Positions 1 through 7,376 of a stretch of DNA of 17,052 nucleotides are shown one piece after another. Where the stretch lies: contig CAZGJX010000090.1 of NCBI GenBank assembly GCA_964525635.1, positions 1 through 17,052 of the forward strand. The letters are read 5' to 3'. The position numbers were made by a program, and so were the translations under genes. Numbering within the stretch: the stretch's first letter is position 1; each line of letters begins with the position of its first letter. The notes beneath the pieces are model-generated. The model saw only the letters and a list, made by a program, of their open reading frames with translations, was not told the origin of the DNA and did no database searches. This DNA is from an uncultured archaeon. Its GTDB lineage: Archaea; Asgardarchaeota; Lokiarchaeia; Sigyniarchaeales; SOKP01.

Positions 1-23
1 GCATTTCCAAAGAATTTATTGCT

Positions 24-56
24 AAAAAAAAATAATAAGGAAAAAAAAATAAAAAA
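24..56 (-). terminator. Oligo-T tracts downstream of protease A (archaeal-type terminator candidate)
   Basis: A9 (24-32), A9 (41-49) and A6 (51-56) on + read as T-tracts on the minus strand, starting 11 nt after the stop at 68-70. Confidence 0.5.
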
Positions 57-67
57 TTTATTTTTAT

Positions 68-268
68 TTAATCCTCAGCGGGAAAAGAATCAATTAATCC
101 TACATAATATTGAGCAACAAGTAAGGCATCAATAATATCAATTGATCCATCTGCATTAACATCTGCTAATTCTGGATAAAAAGGATAATACTCTATTCCA
201 ACATAATATTGTGCGATCTTAAGTGCATCAATACAATCAATAAATCCATCATTATTCACATCCCCTAA
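68..268 (-). other. Dockerin domain of protease A
   Basis: Two Ca-binding loop-helix repeats, DVNNDGFIDCIDALKIAQYYVG and DVNADGSIDIIDALLVAQYYVG, matching the DxNxDGxxxxxD dockerin pattern. Confidence 0.88.
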
Positions 269-3200
269 AACATATGGCTGTGGTCCAACAGAGACCAATA
301 CACTACTTCTCAAAGAATGACCATTTAATTCATAAAAGAGAATTTCGATTCTATAAATACCAGGTGGAGCTAAATCATAAACTAGATCAACAATAATTGG
401 TTGTCCTGAATACCATTTTCCAGAATCTTGTAATAATCCATCTACATATACCTCCCATCTATCTGGGATAGAGCTATTTGCAGACCATATAACGCGTAAG
501 TATTCTTCCTCATAATATATTTCACGACAATAAGAGCGTTGAATTAGTTCTTCGAGGAAAGGTTCGGGATTAATATATATATTATTATCCTCGTTCGTCT
601 CAATTACCTGTCCATATGTATCTACAAAACATATTATTTGATATTCATCGAAAGGTAAAGTTGCTGTTCCTTTACAAACTACAGATCTTTCTTCTTCAGT
701 ATTAAATCCTCCAGATATAAAACAATCTCCTAAATCATGTGTTTCATTATTATTATTTATCGCAATAAAACGAACATAAAATCCTGATGTATAAATATAT
801 CCGCTATTTGATATATTAAATGAGAATTCATAATCAAAAGTAATATTATATGCGTAATATTCCTCATTACTTAGTTTATATTCAATATCACTGGAAATAA
901 AAAAGTCAGGTGAATATTCATTAATGAATAATGGTTTACTACCAAGATTATTATTTTCATTTAACTCAAACACTTCATCAGTAAAATCTGTGTATTGTCT
1001 TATTTCATAATCACCATATGGTAGAGTAATTCTTCCTGTACATTCTACATTTTTAGACTCATGTTTCCCTAAACCATCAACATAACATTTCCCGAGTTCA
1101 TAAACATCAGTTCCATTAACAGCCGTAAAAAGAACATAAAATTCTTCTGAAGTTCCATATTCATAATTATAAACACTATTGGATATTCGATAAGTAAATG
1201 TTATTCCATCCTCATTAAAGACAAAATCACTAAGATCATCTTGGATCCACCCTATGCAACAGAGATCTGGTGCATATGTATCTCCAGGAAGGTCTAAATT
1301 TTCATAATTACCATACCTATTGTTATTTTCATTTTTTTCATCTATATGATTATAACAGTCTACATAATACATCAATTCATATTGCCCACGAGGTAAACTA
1401 ATCGTTCCACTACATTGTGCAAATTCTGAGTGAAGGGAATCTAATCCATTAACAAAACATTCTCCTAAGTCATAAATTTCTCTAGTTTCTAAGTTTCTTG
1501 CAGTATAATTGATATAAAATCCTTCTTGTGTTTCAAATCCAGAATTTCTAACATAAGCTGATAAATCGTAAGAAAATAATACATTATCTTTGCTAAAAAA
1601 TGCATCAGTTATTTCAAATAAAAAAGCATCACAATCACCTTCAATATCAGGTAAAAAGGTGTCATATGTAATTTCTAATGGATCTGGATTAACATAATTA
1701 TTATTGTCATCATCTACTTCGTTAATGTTTGCATTGGAATCCACAACACTATTAATCTCATAATCCCCCACAGGTAAGGTTATTGTTCCAGAGCATCGTA
1801 TAGTTTTCATTTCATTAGGATTCATTCCAGATATAGAACATAATCCAAGTTCATAAACTTCACCGTTAATTAGGTTTTTTGCTGTGAACCTAACATAAAT
1901 TTCTTCAGTAGTCCCCACATATCCATCATTGGTTATATCAGAAGATAGATCATAAGAAAACGTTATTATATCTTCTCCTAATATTGGATCACTGAACTCA
2001 ATATTCGTATAAGAGGACCTAAGATCAGGCATTAAATGATCAAGGTCAAGTATTAATAGTTCCGTTCTCATTTGATTATTATTCAATTCATCCCTCTCAT
2101 AAACACGATTAAATCTATCTAATCTTTGTAATATTTGATACTCACCGAAAGGTAATGTAATTGTCCCTCGACAATTTACATAATCCCCTTCTAAATGTTC
2201 CAAATAACCTATAGAAATTTCTCCTAGATCATGAATGTACCCACTATGAATATTTCTTGCAGTATAATGTATAAGAAATTCATCCGTTATATCAGCACTT
2301 CCTTTATTAAAGATATAAGAAGATATATCATAAGAAAAAGAAACATTATTTTCCCCTAAGTTAATATTATCAAGTGCAATATTAATTTGGCTATCATATG
2401 AGGTTATATCAGGTAGATATCCATATGGTATAATTCTGGCAGTTGGATCTCCTAATAGATTTAATGATAGATATTGATATTGATAATAAATAAGATCGGA
2501 ACTCACTTTTCCATGATCTAAAGCATCAATTTTAGCATCTTGTAATGCATTACCGATATCAGGCCTTCTTTCTCCTAATAAAGCATCATAGAATTCACGT
2601 CTGTAACAATCACCTATACCATCTGTATTAGGATCAACAGGATCACATGTCCAACCATATTTATAATTACCAAGATATGCAAATGCTCCATGCTCAGAAT
2701 TTACCCAATGTTCTCCAATAGAATCTTCCTCATCTAGGTCTGAAGCTCTACAAGCGGTACTGTATATAAAATAATATTTATCATTATTCAGAGCGTCAAT
2801 ATTTTCAGATCTTAATTTCATATTTTCTGTAGGAGTACCATGTCCCTTATGATTTATTATATGGACCCCCTGATCACGTTCTATGATTTCGAGGAGATGC
2901 TGTGCATCCCAAGTAAAATCTCGTTCGTATAGAGTCTCTATATCGAAATATTGAGGAAACTGAACTGTATTATAATTATGATTCGTACAAATACCAAGAT
3001 GTTCTTCATCATAAATTAGCTCATCCAGGAATTCGGCTCCATATATATCCGATGCAGTATAATCATATTCCTCATATTCTATCCCCATATATTCACCTAC
3101 ATTTAAAAGGCTATATAAATAAAAATAATCATTATCATCTCTCATTTTTTCATCATGAAAAATAGTTTTTCTTAAAAAATTTGAAAGTTCTTGTTCATTT

Positions 3201-5149
3201 TCAACTGGAGCTCTTCCAATAGTAACACGAAATCGAGTATCAATGCTAAAAAAATTATTCCAATCCTCTTCTTCACCATATATCCCATCATTATCATGAT
3301 CCCAAGAATAATCTAAAGATATATAATACTGATCAGAAGGGATAGGATCATCATATTTAGAGATCATCTCCAAAGCTTCAAAATGCCTTACAGGGACAAT
3401 ATTCTCATCTCCTCCAAGAAGAATATATATAGTACCCCAATTTTCATAAGCATCTTTTATAAATGTTTTTATCTTTTCTTGATTATCATCCCAATATTTA
3501 TATTGAGAATATATTTCTTCAACTGTTATAATTTTTGTACTAAATCCTAAATTGGATTTATGATCAACAAAATCTTGAAAGGTAAATTCTCTATTGGAAT
3601 TTTGCAAATTTTCGTTCGTAATAATTACATAGTCATACGGTCCTCTATCTCTCTTAAATAAATTATCCCGTGGCTTAATTACAGCCATAGGATCTCCAAA
3701 AATTTGAAGACTAAGAAATAATTGTCTATATTGCCAATTATCCCAATTATCTCCACGTCTAGTATCGCTTTTTGCATCTTGTAATGCTCTACCAATCTCA
3801 TCGATTCCCTCTCCAAAAATGGCGTCATAGAATTCACGAACAAACTCTTGTTCTGCTGTATCTGTTGTTGTTTTATCAAGACCCATAATATATGTTTTTC
3901 CAAGGGCAGCAAAAGCACCATTTTCAGCGGTTATAAATCGTTCTCCAACGGAATCTGTTGAGAATTCGGGATATTTACCTTGATCAACTTCATTAGCAAA
4001 AGAAAAGGCATCTCCTTGTGCACTATAAAGGAAGAATGGATAGTAATTATCCATTTCTGAAACATAATCATAATCCATTTTCATCATTAAATCATGACCA
4101 ATAAATAGATTTTCTTCTTCTATAGGTGGATCTAAAAATGTTTGATATGGCCTTCCATAATGATTTAAGATATGAATCCCAGAATCTGTATAAAATTCTA
4201 CGTCAGAAGGATCCAATAAAGTTATAAAAGGAGGGTTATATCGATCTCGTTCATATAATGTATCTACCTTAAAAGAATCGTCAATCTTCTTTGTTTGATA
4301 TCCATGATCAGTACAATATTCATTACTACTATACATATATAATTGTTCTAAATATTGCGCACCAAATACAGCTAAAGGATAAGGTAAATTTGAAGCTTCA
4401 TTATTTCCTATAAATTCACCTGTCATCAGACATTTAGATAAATAAGGATATTGATAAATACTATTTATATGGTGTTCATGTCGGAGTGTCTTTTTTACAA
4501 AATTTGAAACTTCTACTACAGAACCAACAGGTGCTCTTCCAACATAAACTTGGGCAACATCACTAGCGGAAAGAAGCGTTTGCCAGTCGGCATATTCTCC
4601 ATAGAAGCCATTATTATTATGATCCCAATCATTAAATACAGAAGCATAATATTGATCTGTATACCAACTATAATCTTGCTCATCATATTCCCAACCTATA
4701 GGAGGAGCTTCAGTTCCCAAATCTACAAAATATCTTACAGGTATTATATTTGAATCCCCACCTAAAAGTACATAAGTAGTACTCCAATAGCGGAAAGCAT
4801 GTACAATGAAATTCCGTATCCTCTCTGCATCATCTCGTCCATCAAACCTAGTTCTTATCTCTTCCACAGTTACTATTGTTGCACTAACACCATTTTCGAT
4901 TTTACTTTCAACAAGATCTTGAAAGGTATAAGCCTCGTTAGAATTCTTTAATAGTTCATTGGTTATAATAACGTACATACATAATCCTTCTATATCATCA
5001 ATAGATGCCATCATAGGTGTTTCATCTGAAGATGGAAGATTTAATTCAGATTCTTCATAAGCTGTTTTATTAAATTCATTTAAAGGAAATAGTGTTAATA
5101 GAAAAATTGCTATAAATGAAATTGTATAGATTTTTTTATTATTTAACAT
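68..5149 (-). CDS. Secreted multidomain cysteine peptidase A (1693 aa): signal/anchor, inactive C25, active C25, 5x CARDB-like, Ig-like, dockerin
   Basis: N-terminus KKIYTISFIAIFLLTLF. Two gingipain-like blocks, each YVIIT...YxLLGGD...DQYY...GRAPV...GDP (nt ~4978-3683 and ~3637-2440). Second block has GHG (H770) and TAC (C800). Five PD-x...G.Y......D..N...E..E.NN repeats (nt ~2416-560). C-terminal duplicated GDVNNDGFIDCIDAL / ADVNADGSIDIIDAL. Confidence 0.92.
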   Translation of the reverse strand: MLNNKKIYTISFIAIFLLTLFPLNEFNKTAYEESELNLPSSDETPMMASIDDIEGLCMYVIITNELLKNSNEAYTFQDLVESKIENGVSATIVTVEEIRTRFDGRDDAERIRNFIVHAFRYWSTTYVLLGGDSNIIPVRYFVDLGTEAPPIGWEYDEQDYSWYTDQYYASVFNDWDHNNNGFYGEYADWQTLLSASDVAQVYVGRAPVGSVVEVSNFVKKTLRHEHHINSIYQYPYLSKCLMTGEFIGNNEASNLPYPLAVFGAQYLEQLYMYSSNEYCTDHGYQTKKIDDSFKVDTLYERDRYNPPFITLLDPSDVEFYTDSGIHILNHYGRPYQTFLDPPIEEENLFIGHDLMMKMDYDYVSEMDNYYPFFLYSAQGDAFSFANEVDQGKYPEFSTDSVGERFITAENGAFAALGKTYIMGLDKTTTDTAEQEFVREFYDAIFGEGIDEIGRALQDAKSDTRRGDNWDNWQYRQLFLSLQIFGDPMAVIKPRDNLFKRDRGPYDYVIITNENLQNSNREFTFQDFVDHKSNLGFSTKIITVEEIYSQYKYWDDNQEKIKTFIKDAYENWGTIYILLGGDENIVPVRHFEALEMISKYDDPIPSDQYYISLDYSWDHDNDGIYGEEEDWNNFFSIDTRFRVTIGRAPVENEQELSNFLRKTIFHDEKMRDDNDYFYLYSLLNVGEYMGIEYEEYDYTASDIYGAEFLDELIYDEEHLGICTNHNYNTVQFPQYFDIETLYERDFTWDAQHLLEIIERDQGVHIINHKGHGTPTENMKLRSENIDALNNDKYYFIYSTACRASDLDEEDSIGEHWVNSEHGAFAYLGNYKYGWTCDPVDPNTDGIGDCYRREFYDALLGERRPDIGNALQDAKIDALDHGKVSSDLIYYQYQYLSLNLLGDPTARIIPYGYLPDITSYDSQINIALDNINLGENNVSFSYDISSYIFNKGSADITDEFLIHYTARNIHSGYIHDLGEISIGYLEHLEGDYVNCRGTITLPFGEYQILQRLDRFNRVYERDELNNNQMRTELLILDLDHLMPDLRSSYTNIEFSDPILGEDIITFSYDLSSDITNDGYVGTTEEIYVRFTAKNLINGEVYELGLCSISGMNPNEMKTIRCSGTITLPVGDYEINSVVDSNANINEVDDDNNNYVNPDPLEITYDTFLPDIEGDCDAFLFEITDAFFSKDNVLFSYDLSAYVRNSGFETQEGFYINYTARNLETREIYDLGECFVNGLDSLHSEFAQCSGTISLPRGQYELMYYVDCYNHIDEKNENNNRYGNYENLDLPGDTYAPDLCCIGWIQDDLSDFVFNEDGITFTYRISNSVYNYEYGTSEEFYVLFTAVNGTDVYELGKCYVDGLGKHESKNVECTGRITLPYGDYEIRQYTDFTDEVFELNENNNLGSKPLFINEYSPDFFISSDIEYKLSNEEYYAYNITFDYEFSFNISNSGYIYTSGFYVRFIAINNNNETHDLGDCFISGGFNTEEERSVVCKGTATLPFDEYQIICFVDTYGQVIETNEDNNIYINPEPFLEELIQRSYCREIYYEEEYLRVIWSANSSIPDRWEVYVDGLLQDSGKWYSGQPIIVDLVYDLAPPGIYRIEILFYELNGHSLRSSVLVSVGPQPYVLGDVNNDGFIDCIDALKIAQYYVGIEYYPFYPELADVNADGSIDIIDALLVAQYYVGLIDSFPAED

Positions 5150-5423
5150 ATTTAAAATTTACATTGTTTTAAGTTAATTCATCTAAATATAATTTATTTT
5201 AAATAGTTATCTGGTAACAAAGTGAAATACAGAAAATATAATTGTTTTTAGGTCCAATAGAAATTTAAAGATGTAGTAAATTATCAAGGAGATTATAGAT
5301 AATTTAGAAATTAAAGGCAAATATCTTTTTTTTTTTTGTATTTAATTAAAATTTTAGACCTATTGGGGTATAACATGAAATTTGGATTCCAACAATATAT
5401 TAATCTATATGAAAAAGTATCAG

Positions 5424-5438
5424 ATGTAGATATAAATA
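5424..5438 (+). promoter_or_regulatory. TATA-box-like promoter element of 7TM-longin gene A (ATGTAGA-TATAAATA)
   Basis: Conserved in the paralogous intergenic region (13646-13660). In both copies the element ends 54 nt before the ATG. Confidence 0.55.
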
Positions 5439-5491
5439 TTTATCATATTTCTATTATATAAATAATAAATACCTTTCAAGAGCATTGATTA

Positions 5492-6559
5492 ATGAATTTA
5501 AATTTTAGTTTAGAATTTTATGTATATCTAATATGTTCTGCCCTTTGTTTCATAATTTTTATAATTTTACTCTATACCGCTTTTAAGAATAAAAAGGAAG
5601 TGTTATTCTTATTATCCTTCTCAATTTTTTGCTTTATGTTAAATTTTATTGTTAATAGTTCTGCTGTATTACTAATGGATAAATTTTTATTTATTTTAGG
5701 AGCATACGCATTGTTTGGTAGCGTTTTTTTTATTTTATTTTTTATCGACTATACTTTACAAGAGCATTTCACAGCTAAAAAATTAACTTCAATTAGTGTA
5801 ATTGGCACATTATTAATTATTGCTTCATTTCAAGTAGATGCTGTGACAGCATTTTATGATTATGGCTTTCCCTCTTTAAAGAGAAATGGGTATTTTTCAA
5901 TATTATTTTTATTAATGCTTCTTATTTTTGTCATTTCAATAATGTATTGGGTAATTAAAACAATTATGAATACTCCAAATCATTTAAAAAAGAATTCGAG
6001 ATATTTATTATATGCTGCTGTAATGTATCTAATTGGAATTATTTTTCTCTTTTTACAACAAATAATTATTGTACCATTCTCAATTATTTTTAATATCATA
6101 GGAATGATAATAATAATTATTGCAGTAATAAAGGAGCCTAAAATTCTTTATATTCTTCCTTTCAAAACATATAGATTAATTGTGATTTTTAAAAAATCAG
6201 ATGTGGAAATTTTTTCTTATAAATGGGAATCTTCAGATATCAGTGATGATCTACTTGGGGGATTAATGAGTGCAATTAATAAAATGGGATTAGAGGTTAT
6301 AAATCAAGGAGAATTACAATATATTGCCTATGAAAAGGGTATTTTTCTAATAAAGAGAACTAAACATCTTGTTTTTGGATTAATTGTAAATAAAACTTCA
6401 AAATTCCTAAATAAATGCCTTTCCGAGTTCTCAATAGAATTCCAAAATAAATATGAATCTGTACTTAAAAATTGGAATGGAGATCTTGGTGTTTTTAAGG
6501 ATGTAAATACTTTATTAGAAAAACACTTTGGGTATATCCCTTCAAGAATTCCTCAGTAA
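5492..6559 (+). CDS. 7-transmembrane protein with C-terminal cytoplasmic longin-like domain (copy A, 355 aa)
   Basis: Seven hydrophobic segments in aa ~8-213. Soluble C-terminal domain (from EPKILY, nt 6134) with a beta-beta-alpha-beta-beta-beta-alpha-alpha pattern: RLIVIF / EIFSYKW / DDLLGGLMSAINKMGLEV / YIAY / FLIKR / VFGLIV / SKFLNKCLSEFSIEFQNKY. Paralogue at 13714-14778. Confidence 0.8.
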   Translation: MNLNFSLEFYVYLICSALCFIIFIILLYTAFKNKKEVLFLLSFSIFCFMLNFIVNSSAVLLMDKFLFILGAYALFGSVFFILFFIDYTLQEHFTAKKLTSISVIGTLLIIASFQVDAVTAFYDYGFPSLKRNGYFSILFLLMLLIFVISIMYWVIKTIMNTPNHLKKNSRYLLYAAVMYLIGIIFLFLQQIIIVPFSIIFNIIGMIIIIIAVIKEPKILYILPFKTYRLIVIFKKSDVEIFSYKWESSDISDDLLGGLMSAINKMGLEVINQGELQYIAYEKGIFLIKRTKHLVFGLIVNKTSKFLNKCLSEFSIEFQNKYESVLKNWNGDLGVFKDVNTLLEKHFGYIPSRIPQ

Positions 6560-6567
6560 ATATCTCT

Positions 6568-6864
6568 TTAAAAGTTATTATATGCATACTCTTTTAAAAG
6601 AATAATTTGCCTTTCTAAATCCCCTCTCTTTCGCTACTTATGGCTCGATACTCTACCATAAATTGTATATTGATTCTCTTTTCTTATAGAAGGAGATAAT
6701 TTCTTTTGAGTATGATGATGTAAGATTCTTTCAATCTCAATATGAGGAATCCTTCTGTGTCCACCAAGAGTTCTATAACATAGAATCTGTCTTTCTTTAT
6801 CCCATCCTCTCAGAGTCTTACAACATACACCTAAAAGAGCAGCTACGATTCCAATAGAATACAT
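6568..6864 (-). pseudogene. tnpA: IS607-family TnpA (MerR-type HTH + serine recombinase) N-terminal remnant
   Basis: YSIGIVAALLGVCCKTLRGWD...RTLGGHRR is a MerR-like HTH, followed by the serine-recombinase motif IYGRVSSHK. The frame continues past the TAG at 6634-6636 as RKRGDLERQIILLKEYA (family consensus roughly RVSS.KQ..DL.RQ) to a TAA at 6568-6570. The rest of the catalytic domain and tnpB are absent. Confidence 0.85.
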
Positions 6865-7153
6865 ACGCTCTGATCTCCAAAATAAATCTGAAAACCATTA
6901 TGGGATCTTCATAATAATAAGATTTATAATAGGTTTAAAATTGAAAATAAAATTGTCAACTCTGATGAACACTCCAAAATTTGAAATATGTAAATAATTT
7001 TCATTTAAATCTAAAATAATAAACAATAGATGATGTAATTTATAATGGTATATGAAATAAAACTAGCTAATTTTTTTTAAATTCACGAACATTACTATTA
7101 CTTGAATATTCTTCTTGTTATAATTCTATTTTTATTAAATTATAATTATGATT

Positions 7154-7166
7154 AAAAAAAAAAAAA
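7154..7166 (-). terminator. T13 tract downstream of protease B
   Basis: A13 on the + strand, 9 nt beyond the stop at 7176-7178. Confidence 0.5.
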
Positions 7167-7175
7167 TATTTTTGT

Positions 7176-7376
7176 TTATAATTCAGCAGGAAATTGATTA
7201 ATTAAACCTACATAATATTGAGCAATAAGTAAAGCATCTACAATATCAATAGATCCATCTGCGTTAACATCTGCCAATTCAGGATGGAATCCTATAATAT
7301 TCATACCTACATAATATTGAGCAGTTTCTAAAGCATCAATAATATCGATGAATCCATCGTTATTCACATCACCCAA
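7176..7376 (-). other. Dockerin domain of protease B
   Basis: LGDVNNDGFIDIIDALETAQYYVG...ADVNADGSIDIVDALLIAQYYVG; nearly identical to the dockerin of protease A. Confidence 0.88.

Noticed and set aside
3679-3921. 80-aa minus-strand ORF
   Set aside because: Alternative frame nested inside the C25 domain of protease A; no recognisable motif.
4550-4753. 67-aa plus-strand ORF
   Set aside because: Antisense shadow of protease A with a non-ATG start.
5161-5169. Upstream mini-ORFs from the conserved AAACAATGT (minus strand) before both protease genes
   Set aside because: The encoded peptides are not conserved (M-stop vs MLIYD-stop); better treated as a conserved leader or promoter motif.
6900-7150. 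Possible IS end or ncRNA in the AT-rich spacer
   Set aside because: No convincing inverted repeat, stable hairpin or ORF could be identified by eye.
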